A stretch of DNA of 64,000 bases, taken from the IMG/VR virus record IMGVR_UViG_3300029305_004466; one strand, 5' to 3'. Position 1 is the first letter of the stretch, and every line of letters begins with the position of its first letter. Source of the DNA: a virus. Lineage: Duplodnaviria > Caudoviricetes. The position numbers and the translations under genes are program-made. Positions 1 through 8,946 of this stretch are shown piece after piece. The notes under the pieces were generated by a model. The model had not been told where the DNA came from. It searched no databases and saw only the letters and a program-made list of their open reading frames with translations.

Positions 1-216
1 TTGGATAAGTATCAAGATATTAAAGGTTTAGAATTCACTGAAACTGAAATTGATATGATAAGCAAACTACAAGATGAAATGTCATACATAAACAGTTATG
101 ATGATATACTTACAACAATGCCTAAATATTTTAGAAGTAAGAAAACAGGAATGTCACAAATCTATAATAGTTTCTTTGGTTCTTCTGGCAGCACTACAAA
201 TGGCGATAAGTATTAA
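1..216 (+). CDS. Hypothetical protein, 3' part (frame open from window edge)
   Basis: Open frame from base 1 to TAA at 214-216. Confidence 0.6.
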   Translation: MDKYQDIKGLEFTETEIDMISKLQDEMSYINSYDDILTTMPKYFRSKKTGMSQIYNSFFGSSGSTTNGDKY

Positions 217-228
217 TGTAACATTTTG

Positions 229-257
229 TTGCATTTTTATTAATTGTGTGCTATAAT
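229..257 (+). promoter_or_regulatory. sigmaA-type promoter with extended -10
   Basis: TTGCAT (229-234), 17 nt spacer, TG-c-TATAAT (252-257), upstream of RBS AAGGAGGT. Confidence 0.75.
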
Positions 258-287
258 AATACCATAATATTCAAGGAGGTATTTATT

Positions 288-446
288 ATGCCAGTAAATG
301 AAAATGTTAACGGAACCGACATCAAGAAATGTCCTGATTGTGGATGTGATATGGTTAAGACAAGTGATAATGACCCATTAGTAATGGAGTATACAAAATA
401 CAAATGCAGTGGATGTGGAAACGAACACAAAGTATATGAAGAATAA
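288..446 (+). CDS. Small Zn-ribbon protein (52 aa)
   Basis: ATG at 288 after AAGGAGGT; CPDC...CSGC. Confidence 0.75.
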   Translation: MPVNENVNGTDIKKCPDCGCDMVKTSDNDPLVMEYTKYKCSGCGNEHKVYEE

Positions 447-449
447 CAG

Positions 450-473
450 GCAGGGCGAAAGCCCTGCTTTATT
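450..473 (+). terminator. Putative intrinsic terminator
   Basis: GCAGGGC-GAAA-GCCCTGC followed by TTTATT. Confidence 0.6.
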
Positions 474-490
474 ACAAGGAGGATTTATTT

Positions 491-895
491 ATGGAATTTT
501 ATGTTGATTACATTGTAAAAGAGGAACAGGGTGTTGTTATTTGTGTCATTTCTGGTTGTGAATTTGACGCTGTAGAGCTTGTTAATAAGCGTACTAACTT
601 ATTTGAATGTCCATGTGTTCCAGAAAAGTTTGCTATCAGCGATAAGTACAAAGGCGTTGCTAGATGTACTTCTGATGATACATTTAACCTTGAATACGGT
701 AAGAAGCTGGCATTCAAGAAAGCTTATCTTAAGTACACAAAGGCTCTCGAAAAGAAGGTAAGATTCCTTGCTGATGATTACAAGAAGTATTCCGATAAGA
801 TGCTTGCAGGCTTTGAAAAGGCTCGTCATGAAGCGTTAAGAAAAGCAGATTCTGCTTTTGCTGGCTATCAGAAGATTTTAGAGGAAGCGAAATAA
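491..895 (+). CDS. Hypothetical phage protein (134 aa)
   Basis: RBS AAGGAGG and ATG; helical C-terminus. Confidence 0.8.
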   Translation: MEFYVDYIVKEEQGVVICVISGCEFDAVELVNKRTNLFECPCVPEKFAISDKYKGVARCTSDDTFNLEYGKKLAFKKAYLKYTKALEKKVRFLADDYKKYSDKMLAGFEKARHEALRKADSAFAGYQKILEEAK

Positions 896-1065
896 TGAAA
901 CAGCCTAAAAAATTAAAACGGGAACATAAGATAGAAATATCTAAGTTAAGACCAGAATTAGATTTAGCTAAGTATAATTTAGTATCTGTTGATGATAATG
1001 AATACATACTTATTGAATCTGATGAAAGAAACAAAGAAAGAAGTTTTGTTGTTATCCCTAGATAA
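895..1065 (+). CDS. Small hypothetical protein (56 aa, MKQPKKLKREHK...), absent from ORF track
   Basis: ATG overlaps upstream TAA (TAATG); GAGG upstream; ends just before terminator. Confidence 0.7.
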   Translation: MKQPKKLKREHKIEISKLRPELDLAKYNLVSVDDNEYILIESDERNKERSFVVIPR

Positions 1066-1070
1066 CAACT

Positions 1071-1098
1071 GGGGGACGGTGCATTCGCACCGTCCCCT
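1071..1098. terminator. Intrinsic terminator between convergent transcription units (probably bidirectional)
   Basis: GGGGACGGTGC-ATTC-GCACCGTCCCC 11-bp stem between + and - strand stop codons. Confidence 0.8.
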
Positions 1099-1106
1099 GA
1101 TATTTT

Positions 1107-1490
1107 TTATTCTGGTTTGATTTCTTCTAATTCTGGAGTTTCAAAAGGTTTTAATGGTTCAGCCGCTTCTTCAGCCTGTTTTTTAGCTAAGATAGTCTTC
1201 ATTTCCATTAAAGCATCTTCGATAATTTTCTTAAGAGTTTCTTCTCTTATAATCATACTTAAGATAGGATGCTGAGCTTTTATCGTACTGATAACTTCAG
1301 CAAACTTAATCTGTCCTGTTTTGCTACCCCATTCTTCTTCAGCTACAGTCACTAAATAGAGTGCTGCTTCGTAAATACCTTTTTTACCTTTTGCCACCAC
1401 ATATACTACCACACAAGCAATAATAACTGCCAAGAGGATAACATAAGGGTTTTCAGCTAAACTTTTTACCATGTCGTTAATAATAGTCAT
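1107..1490 (-). CDS. Holin-like membrane protein
   Basis: One N-terminal TM helix then 'VTVAEEEWGSKTGQIKFAEV', resembling LL-H-type holins. Confidence 0.55.
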   Translation of the reverse strand: MTIINDMVKSLAENPYVILLAVIIACVVVYVVAKGKKGIYEAALYLVTVAEEEWGSKTGQIKFAEVISTIKAQHPILSMIIREETLKKIIEDALMEMKTILAKKQAEEAAEPLKPFETPELEEIKPE

Positions 1491-2626
1491 TTCAACTTAC
1501 CTCCATTTTCTGCTATATATGTTTTAATTTTTTCTATAGCCATCTTTCTATGTTTTACAATAGTAATTCTGTGACAACCATATATACTTGCTATTTCAGC
1601 ATCAGTTTTATGTTGCACAAAAGACATTACTATCAATTCTCTTTCGTATGATGTTAAGCTTTTAAACTCTTCTCCACATGTATTCCCATTGGTCCAATTA
1701 AAGTTTAATGACTCCATTTCATATGGGTCAACGTCTTCTTCTCTAAGAACTAATGAATTACATATTTCTAATTGTTTTTGTCTGTCTGTTTTTGTTAACA
1801 TTTTCTCTAAAATCTTATCTGTATCCATGTCTTTTAATATAACTCTCATTCCAACTTTATCTATTGTTGAGAAATTAGCTTCAGAATTCTTACAAATGCT
1901 TGAATGTGTTATTGATTCTGGCTCAAATTCGCTTTCAATACTAAACATTTTAAGATGAGCTAATGGGTCGCCAACAATTTTAGTTAAAGAGTTATATGCA
2001 TCGAAATGGAAACACTTATTTACGTACATATGAAATGTACCATTCTCTTTATGGTACACATCTCCTTCTTTAGTTATTTTATATTTATTTGCCATATTTA
2101 ATAATGTGCAGGTTAATTCATTGTATATATCCCAATATTCATATTTAGAAAATAACTTTTGAATTTTAACACATGCATCACTAAATAATATTCCCTTTTC
2201 ATTACTATTCTTTGCTTTTTCTCTATCGCTCTTTGAGATAAATAAACCAATGAATTTAGTTAATGATTTATCGTAAGGTCTTACGAATTTACTATTGTAT
2301 TCTTCAAGTTCTTTCTCTTTGTTATAGTATTCTCCATGATATCCATAACAGATGAAGTCTGTATATTTTTTAATGAATCTATGAAAAACACTAACTATGT
2401 ATTGGGCGGCTTCTAAATTACCTGATTTATATAATAACAGGTTATTATTAAGCTCCGCATAATCTTCCTCCGTAAACTTTTTGTATTCCGTAGGAAATGC
2501 TCTATCAAAATCCGCCTTAGTTTGTTTAGAATAAGAATAGACAGAATCATTAAAAGAAGAATACGAATCTATACTTTCTTCAAAATCATCGTCAAATTCC
2601 ATATCGTCTTCTAAGTACTCTGTCAT
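1487..2626 (-). CDS. Phage sigma70-family RNA polymerase sigma factor
   Basis: Region 2-like motifs (YKSGNLEAAQYIV; DIYNELTCTLLNMANKY; TFHMYVNKCF) and region 4 HTH (LTSYERELIVMSF...TDAEIASIYGCHRITIVKHRKMAIEKIK). Confidence 0.75.
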   Translation of the reverse strand: MTEYLEDDMEFDDDFEESIDSYSSFNDSVYSYSKQTKADFDRAFPTEYKKFTEEDYAELNNNLLLYKSGNLEAAQYIVSVFHRFIKKYTDFICYGYHGEYYNKEKELEEYNSKFVRPYDKSLTKFIGLFISKSDREKAKNSNEKGILFSDACVKIQKLFSKYEYWDIYNELTCTLLNMANKYKITKEGDVYHKENGTFHMYVNKCFHFDAYNSLTKIVGDPLAHLKMFSIESEFEPESITHSSICKNSEANFSTIDKVGMRVILKDMDTDKILEKMLTKTDRQKQLEICNSLVLREEDVDPYEMESLNFNWTNGNTCGEEFKSLTSYERELIVMSFVQHKTDAEIASIYGCHRITIVKHRKMAIEKIKTYIAENGGKLK

Positions 2627-2633
2627 ATCTTTC

Positions 2634-3161
2634 TCAACTCCTAGTTTTATTCAGGTGAGCAATTCCAATACAAACCGAATCATACATATCACTAGTTTTC
2701 TTTTTATTTTGTTTGTCACTGTAAGGTCCTATTCTATCTGGTAAATCAGGATACAGTTCAATTATTTTATTTGCAACTTCTTCTTTAGAAGCATTGCCGC
2801 TAAGACCTAAATTTTTTCTTGTTTCTTTAGGCTCTTGGGTAAATACTTCTGCACAATCAGCAAACATAAAGTGGCATATAATAGCACCTCTAAGTTTTGA
2901 TAATTGTAAACCCGTTTTTAAATTCTTTGAATGGGAAAACCCGTCTTCTAATGCTATCTCTTTAATCGGAACAGGGTTAGAACAATTGTGTTGTACAAAC
3001 ACATTGTCTAACTCTGTAACAATGCTTTTTATTCTTTCATTTTCAGGAATATCTGGTTTAGTTATGTATCGGCAGCACTCTATTATTTCTCTGGTGTTAG
3101 CATCAATAATAGAGTAACCTGTCGAGCTTAAAGACGGGTCAATAGATAATATATAGCTCAT
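2634..3161 (-). CDS. ruvC: Holliday junction resolvase
   Basis: ILSIDPSLSSTGYSI, IALED, GNASKEEV, DMYDSVCIG; ATG at 3161 after AGGTGA. Confidence 0.88.
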   Translation of the reverse strand: MSYILSIDPSLSSTGYSIIDANTREIIECCRYITKPDIPENERIKSIVTELDNVFVQHNCSNPVPIKEIALEDGFSHSKNLKTGLQLSKLRGAIICHFMFADCAEVFTQEPKETRKNLGLSGNASKEEVANKIIELYPDLPDRIGPYSDKQNKKKTSDMYDSVCIGIAHLNKTRS

Positions 3162-3196
3162 TGGAATCACCTACTGACATTATAATATTTTTTGAA

Positions 3197-3358
3197 TTAT
3201 TTGTCCAATTCTTTTGGAATAGTTTCGTCTACAAAAGTAAACTGAGGACTTTTCCCGTCAAGTGCTTTGTCTTTGATTTCTTTTTGTAATTGTTCGTTTG
3301 CAATAGTTTTGTTATCATCTGTAATAGTCATTTCACCAAACTGAGTTTGCATTTTCAT
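3197..3358 (-). CDS. Small hypothetical protein (53 aa, MKMQTQFGEM...), absent from ORF track
   Basis: ATGA overlap with upstream stop; fills the intergenic gap. Confidence 0.65.
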   Translation of the reverse strand: MKMQTQFGEMTITDDNKTIANEQLQKEIKDKALDGKSPQFTFVDETIPKELDK

Positions 3359-4170
3359 CATAATGATTCGCCTTCTTTCTTAATATAGTTTTCACATTGA
3401 TTCCTATAGGTACAATGGAAACATCTTGTATCAGGACATATTGTATAGATGTCATTTCTAATACACTTAACTGTATTGATTACAGTTTGTTTCAGCATAT
3501 TAAAATCTTTTGCATCTCTAAATGATGGTACATTCTTTTTCTTGTATATGTTAGCATATACAACTTGATAATCTTTAGAGGTAAATGTTTTTTCAAATGC
3601 AAATGCGGCAGCTGTGAGTTCTAAATCATATCGCATCTGCATTAGGGTTTGGAATTTATCTTTTCTATGCTGGAACTTTATTATCTGAAATATGGGATTA
3701 TTATTATCATCGTGGAATTCTCTTATATATTCCCATTTACCAGTTAAAACAATATTGTTTGTAATGTTAACAGCATAGCCTTTATTTATTAGTATAGGAT
3801 ATTGACTACCTTGTTTCATTAAATCATGGAAAGAGATTAAGGTTTCTATTCCATTCTTTCTAAGCAAATCATGTCTATCTCTCATAGAAGCAGATGGGGT
3901 AGTCATTAACTTTATCATTGTTTTGTCTTTAATCCAGTATTTTCCCCACATTCTAGTAAGGAAACCTATTTCAACATTACTGTTGTTTTTTAATGCTGTA
4001 ATATAAGAATAAAAGCAACTTCTAAGCAGTCTATCATATGCTTCTGTTAGATTTTCTGAACCGGAATTATTGTATTTGAGTTTGTAATATATAGGACAAT
4101 AGTTATAGTCTAATATTTCCTGTATATCTATTTTAAAAACGTGGGAGTTGTCTACCTGCTCGTAAACCAT
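3358..4170 (-). CDS. Cas4/AddB-like PD-(D/E)XK-fold protein, probably catalytically degenerate
   Basis: N-terminal YCP and C-terminal C..RCFHCTYRNQC (Fe-S staple pattern); active-site region reads LTGKWEYI...IIKFQ. Confidence 0.6.
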   Translation of the reverse strand: MVYEQVDNSHVFKIDIQEILDYNYCPIYYKLKYNNSGSENLTEAYDRLLRSCFYSYITALKNNSNVEIGFLTRMWGKYWIKDKTMIKLMTTPSASMRDRHDLLRKNGIETLISFHDLMKQGSQYPILINKGYAVNITNNIVLTGKWEYIREFHDDNNNPIFQIIKFQHRKDKFQTLMQMRYDLELTAAAFAFEKTFTSKDYQVVYANIYKKKNVPSFRDAKDFNMLKQTVINTVKCIRNDIYTICPDTRCFHCTYRNQCENYIKKEGESL

Positions 4171-4459
4171 GTTGCCTTTCTGCTAATAATCCCGGGGTCT
4201 CTCTGTCGCATCTGTCAAACTGAGCTTGCTGACAACCCCAATGGATTTGCCATTTAAACTCTCTTTTTCTTGTTGCAGGGTCTTTACTGAAGTCCTCTGG
4301 TAACATTGTTTTACCGCAAATACGGCATACAATATATTCCCCCGGAGCAGGAGGAGTAGGTAGCATATAGTTTCTACCTTTCTCCTTTTCCGCTTGGAGA
4401 GAATAGTCTTGGACTTGTTTTACATATTCAGCTAATTCTTCATTACTTGGAATCGCCAT
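4133..4459 (-). CDS. Hypothetical Zn-finger protein
   Basis: CRIC...HWGC; ATG 4459 after AGGTGA. Confidence 0.7.
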   Translation of the reverse strand: MAIPSNEELAEYVKQVQDYSLQAEKEKGRNYMLPTPPAPGEYIVCRICGKTMLPEDFSKDPATRKREFKWQIHWGCQQAQFDRCDRETPGLLAERQHGLRAGRQLPRF

Positions 4460-4853
4460 TATTATCACCTACTATTCTTTTACTAAGTTCCTTTATAGAA
4501 TCCATTATAGCATCTGAAACGTAAATAATAAAGTTCTTTCTCTTAATCATTTTATCTCTGTCTGCATAAGTATGGCTACAAATTGGAATTTGGCATGTTT
4601 GACAGGATACATATAAATGACTTGCCTTATTTACACACTTGCTACAGATTGGACAAGGATTATATCTTGGGCAGGTTTTTGTTTTAGGTTCTCTTTCTTC
4701 GAATATATCTTTATTGTTTCTCATAAGCTTGTCGTTTTTATCAAGTTCTCTTCTAAGTTTTTGTTCATCGAACTTTGGCATTCCTGTAAGCGGGTCTATC
4801 TGTGTATCAGATTTTGCCATGTCATAAAGACCCTTTAAATAATTATTCATCAT
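4443..4853 (-). CDS. Hypothetical Cys-rich protein
   Basis: CPICSKC...CQTCQIPICSH; RBS GAGGAGG before ATG 4853. Confidence 0.7.
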   Translation of the reverse strand: MMNNYLKGLYDMAKSDTQIDPLTGMPKFDEQKLRRELDKNDKLMRNNKDIFEEREPKTKTCPRYNPCPICSKCVNKASHLYVSCQTCQIPICSHTYADRDKMIKRKNFIIYVSDAIMDSIKELSKRIVGDNNGDSK

Positions 4854-5364
4854 TGTCGGTGTCCTCCTCACAAACATATTTATATACGAATTTTCTAGCT
4901 TCTATTTCTAAATCTTCTAAAGTACCACTATTATTAATGATGTAGTCATAATCATAATTATCAACATTAGCATCTGATATATTTGTTTTGATTGCTTGAG
5001 TGCTATCTCTTTTTACAAGAATTGTTTCAGCATTAAATTCTTGAACGGCTCTTTTGATTTCTTCTGGTTCTCTAATATGCAGGAACAAACACGAAGCACC
5101 ACTAATGGTAAGGAAGTTTGAAACTGTATGCTTTAAACAGTTAAATGACATGTCATTGTATTCTGTGGTAAGAGCTTTTAAATCAGATAAAAGCTTTCTA
5201 TCTTTATCTGTTTTGGATACTCCATCCCAACCTATTTGCTTTGCTATTAATTTTACCTTATCGACTGAAGAATAATTTATTGTAGGTACAACCTTTGATA
5301 CCATTTCTACAAATGTATCTTTTCCTACACCGCCACTGCCATTAATAATAAAGACTTTTTTCAT
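4843..5364 (-). CDS. P-loop nucleotide kinase (phage dNMP kinase-like)
   Basis: IINGSGGVGKDT Walker A; HIREPEEI; DYIINNSGTLEDL. Confidence 0.75.
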   Translation of the reverse strand: MKKVFIINGSGGVGKDTFVEMVSKVVPTINYSSVDKVKLIAKQIGWDGVSKTDKDRKLLSDLKALTTEYNDMSFNCLKHTVSNFLTISGASCLFLHIREPEEIKRAVQEFNAETILVKRDSTQAIKTNISDANVDNYDYDYIINNSGTLEDLEIEARKFVYKYVCEEDTDNDE

Positions 5365-5373
5365 AATACCCTC

Positions 5374-5751
5374 CTATATAACCCAGTTTGTTTTAGTTGT
5401 GCTGAGTCCCTTGTCATTAAATTTAAGTAAAGCTTTTTTAACTTTTGCGTTAGTGTCTACTTCTAATTTTTTATTAGAACATTTATCCAAGAAGTCTGCC
5501 ATAGCCCAGCTGAAACCAACTGTTGCATTTTGTGTAGAGTTGAATATGTAAACAGAATAACATTGATTCATTATTTCTGTTTTGATGTAATACTCGTCTA
5601 CATTTTTTACTGAATCTGCAATAATTTCTTTTACAAAGGTCTGCATTGTTTGGTCTATCATGGCAAGTCCTGTAAATAATGCTTTGTATTGAGTATTCTG
5701 CTTTGCCATTTCCATTAGGTCATTTAAGCACATACCTTGTTTAATTTCCAT
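5374..5751 (-). CDS. Hypothetical protein
   Basis: ORF in operon; overlaps upstream gene end. Confidence 0.7.
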   Translation of the reverse strand: MEIKQGMCLNDLMEMAKQNTQYKALFTGLAMIDQTMQTFVKEIIADSVKNVDEYYIKTEIMNQCYSVYIFNSTQNATVGFSWAMADFLDKCSNKKLEVDTNAKVKKALLKFNDKGLSTTKTNWVI

Positions 5752-6169
5752 TTTTGTTCCTACCTTTCATGGTTAATGCTTTCTCTACTGGCATTTTTTT
5801 AAGACGTTTGCTCAGTGCTTGCTTTGTAATTCCTATATCATCAGCCCATTTTGTTATAGATTTAGATTCGCCATTGAATTCTAAGTTATGGACTTTTGAT
5901 GTAGGCGTTGTAGTATTTCCATTTTTTATCATTTGCTCTCTGTTTATAGCTATTTGTTCTTTAGCTTTTTCTCTTCTAAGACAGCCACAAGACTGTACAC
6001 TTCCATTAAGTAAAGACATTTCTGGAACTAAAACGATAGAATGTTTTCTACAGTTGCACAAACATCTATGCCATCTTCCTATATCTTTTGCATATGATTT
6101 ATCTATTGGGGGCTCTACATTTGGTTCGATTACCATTAATCTATTAAATGTGTCTCCTCTATTTATCAT
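5741..6169 (-). CDS. HNH-homing-endonuclease-derived protein lacking the nuclease core
   Basis: GDTFNRLMVI...WHRCLCNC...LLNGSVQSCGCL N-terminus and FNGESKSITKWADDIGI...LSKRL C-terminus; no HNH motif. Confidence 0.6.
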   Translation of the reverse strand: MINRGDTFNRLMVIEPNVEPPIDKSYAKDIGRWHRCLCNCRKHSIVLVPEMSLLNGSVQSCGCLRREKAKEQIAINREQMIKNGNTTTPTSKVHNLEFNGESKSITKWADDIGITKQALSKRLKKMPVEKALTMKGRNKNGN

Positions 6170-6180
6170 TGTTACCACCT

Positions 6181-7314
6181 CTAACTATATAACTGATTTG
6201 TGAAGTTCTTCTGAGTTGCATCGTCACATTCTTGCATGAGAGCCATTTCTGGATAAAATTCAAAGAATACTCTACCTTTGAATGTGTTGAATTTATTTTT
6301 AGCAAAGTGTACTTCAAATATCGGTTGTTTGAAAGGATTGTTGTTTCTATTAAAGTATACGCTGGCATTTTCACCTTTATAGTGAACTTCGTTATATACT
6401 AACAGAATTGCTTTTGCTTCATACTTAATCTTAACAGATTCTCTGATGTCATCAAGCATTGGTCTACGAATTCCGTTAATCTTTTTAAGTTCGCCAGTAC
6501 ATATCATAATTATGTCATGCTTAATAGCTACGTCAGAACACCACTGAGCCATAAAGTCATACTTTTCTTTGTCGGTCATGTTAGGTTTTGTTTGCGTGTT
6601 TAAGTCATGGAAATTATCAATACATACTACTAACTGTTTATTGATATTGTTTGACTTAAAATATATAAGCATTCTTTCGATTTCTTCTTCAATATCTTCG
6701 ATAAAGGTACTGAATGTTGCATCATATGCTCTGTAATTACTTGTATTGTTACGGATTTTAATTAATGCGTTTTTACGTCTTATTAACATCAATGGATATT
6801 GTGTATAATTAAGTGGGGTCTTAATAGCATTAATAATAACTTTTCCAGAACAAGCAGCTACTCTTGAAAGCTTATCTGCCATAGCATCATCAAGAGAAAA
6901 GTCCATAACGTATGCGTCTTGATTATTAATTGATGTTTGCCAAGCTATTTGAGATAAGAGTGCTGTTTTGCCTAAGTTACTGTCGCCTGCTATGATAATA
7001 AAGCCCGGATGTAATCCACCGTCAAAAGCTTTATCTATCAAAGGGAAACCAGTGGAAAGACCTTTATTTTTTTGACTCCATGCTTTTGTTTCAAAGTCAT
7101 CAATAGTCTGCCACATTGCCAACTCATAATCTTCGGTTGGTTTATTAGGATATGTAAATTTAACTGGAATAGGTCCATTACCAGTATCTATAGTACTTGT
7201 TTCTTCATATCCAATTTCTTGAGTTGGTATTGCAGGTCCATAAAAATTAGGATTAATAACTGTTATATCCCCGCCAGTTTCTTTATCTTGTATTACAATT
7301 CTTTGTTCGTCCAT
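6181..7314 (-). CDS. dnaB: DnaB-like (SF4) replicative helicase
   Basis: GLSTGFPLIDKAFDGGLHPG, AGDSNLGKT Walker A, VVCIDNFH, RPMLDDIRES, AKNK. Confidence 0.85.
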   Translation of the reverse strand: MDEQRIVIQDKETGGDITVINPNFYGPAIPTQEIGYEETSTIDTGNGPIPVKFTYPNKPTEDYELAMWQTIDDFETKAWSQKNKGLSTGFPLIDKAFDGGLHPGFIIIAGDSNLGKTALLSQIAWQTSINNQDAYVMDFSLDDAMADKLSRVAACSGKVIINAIKTPLNYTQYPLMLIRRKNALIKIRNNTSNYRAYDATFSTFIEDIEEEIERMLIYFKSNNINKQLVVCIDNFHDLNTQTKPNMTDKEKYDFMAQWCSDVAIKHDIIMICTGELKKINGIRRPMLDDIRESVKIKYEAKAILLVYNEVHYKGENASVYFNRNNNPFKQPIFEVHFAKNKFNTFKGRVFFEFYPEMALMQECDDATQKNFTNQLYS

Positions 7315-7889
7315 TACTCCACCTTGTTACCCTTCAATATATTTATATTAACATTGTGTAAAGGTATTAGCATATGAAAACCATAAAAGCCAGTCTTTAC
7401 ATTTCTTTCTCGTAATGCAGGAGATAATATCAAATCATCGTCTTGGTATCTATTAAGAGTTAACGTTGTAGCTAATCCACATATATTTACGGTTTGTTTG
7501 TCTGGATTATAAATACAAATGATTTGAGCATATTTATTATTTTTTGGGATTATAGGAAACTTTCCTCGTTCAACGGTTTTTATTCCTACTGTATATCCCG
7601 GAATGTCTGGAGTGTCATATTTATTTGAATTACCAACAGACCAATCTATAATTGAAATATCAAATAATTTTTCTACGGCTCGTTCTCCCATAAGCCCTGT
7701 AAAAAATCTTTTTATTTCATTATGGCAATCTCTTATATGATGCTTCTCGTGTGCTTTATTGATTGCTATTTGTTTGGCTAAGTTAAGTATCTTATTAATT
7801 TCTTCTTGACTGAAATGTATTTCCACTGAGTTTTTTATATACGGGGATATTTTTGTTTGATAATTCATCAACGCTTGGTTTTGTTTCAT
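7314..7889 (-). CDS. Hypothetical protein, possible PD-(D/E)XK-like fold
   Basis: GLMGERAV...PD...VGIKT pattern; likely ATG 7889 after GAGG, inside primase 3' end. Confidence 0.55.
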   Translation of the reverse strand: MKQNQALMNYQTKISPYIKNSVEIHFSQEEINKILNLAKQIAINKAHEKHHIRDCHNEIKRFFTGLMGERAVEKLFDISIIDWSVGNSNKYDTPDIPGYTVGIKTVERGKFPIIPKNNKYAQIICIYNPDKQTVNICGLATTLTLNRYQDDDLILSPALRERNVKTGFYGFHMLIPLHNVNINILKGNKVE

Positions 7890-8946
7890 TTCGCTTTTCC
7901 TCTTTTTTGATATATACTTTACAAGTATTATTACATACCGATAAAGATTGTAAGGTAGCACAACCAAATTGCTTTTGTGAATTAAAGATACTTTTTACTG
8001 TTTTGATTAGTTCGTTTTGTCCAGTAGGTTTTACATTATTGTCATTCCATTCGGTTATTATCTCAATGGTTTCGTCTAATGTTTTACCATAAGATTTATA
8101 AAAACCTGCTAAACAAGCAATGGTAATATTACGTTCTCCCTCTTGTGCTCCATTCTCAAGTATGTTCTGAATACAAGGTGGAATGAAGTTAAAACTCTTT
8201 TTAAATCTATTACCTCTGCTTTTATCTTCTTGTTCTTTATGTCTTAAATATTCTGCTATTATTTTTTGATATGCTCTATTTGCATTAGGCAACTCAGTAT
8301 ACAAAGGATATTCCATTTGTCTTTGCGTTGTAGCCATGGCTCTTATCTGGTCTATGCTTAATGTTCGTAATTCTTCAAATGTAATTGGAATTTTGTACAA
8401 ACCAGATTTACCATGTCTTGTATTAGGAATCCTAAATAATCTTTTGTTATCGTATATCTGAGTATCCAATGTCTTGTTGGGAGTAAAACCTTTTGCTAAA
8501 TTGGCGATATATTTGTATATGCAGTTTAATTCAGCACTAGGAGTTACTCCCATTATTTCAGCAGGTAATATAAAATGTATTCCTTTGTTACCGCTGAAAT
8601 ATATTTTTATCCATTCTTTTTTGATTAAGAAGATAACTTCTATCATGTTTGCTACTACGATAGCGTCTTTTCTTACATTTTCGAAGTTGTTTACATCGTC
8701 AAAATCAAAATACATATCTCCATACATTAAGGAGTTATCAATATCTTGTGTGTTATACCTGAAAGCACTACAGAAAGTACTACAGAAATTCCTCGCATTA
8801 ACAAATTCATTAAGGCTTCCGAAAGGTATATAACGATTCCTTGTAAACATACGCTGATTATTTTGCTCATATTCAAATCCTACTTCCACAATATTCATAT
8901 TAGATAAAGCATTGTCTTTTTCTTGTTTCAATTTTATCACCACCAT
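7795..8946 (-). CDS. Archaeo-eukaryotic-type primase (AEP) with PriCT-1-like C-terminus
   Basis: YFDFD (motif I), FSGNKGIH (II), DTQIYDNKRLFRIPN (III), PPCI...EGERN; start may be 8898. Confidence 0.85.
   Translation of the reverse strand: MVVIKLKQEKDNALSNMNIVEVGFEYEQNNQRMFTRNRYIPFGSLNEFVNARNFCSTFCSAFRYNTQDIDNSLMYGDMYFDFDDVNNFENVRKDAIVVANMIEVIFLIKKEWIKIYFSGNKGIHFILPAEIMGVTPSAELNCIYKYIANLAKGFTPNKTLDTQIYDNKRLFRIPNTRHGKSGLYKIPITFEELRTLSIDQIRAMATTQRQMEYPLYTELPNANRAYQKIIAEYLRHKEQEDKSRGNRFKKSFNFIPPCIQNILENGAQEGERNITIACLAGFYKSYGKTLDETIEIITEWNDNNVKPTGQNELIKTVKSIFNSQKQFGCATLQSLSVCNNTCKVYIKKEEKRNETKPSVDELSNKNIPVYKKLSGNTFQSRRN

Noticed and set aside
246-287. Longer track starts (246, 20727, 25946, 41886, 43889 etc.)
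   Set aside because: They overlap promoters, terminators or upstream genes; downstream ATGs have well-spaced RBSs
3358-4170. Cas4-like genes as part of a CRISPR-Cas system
   Set aside because: No repeat-spacer array or other cas genes seen; solo Cas4-like proteins are common in phages
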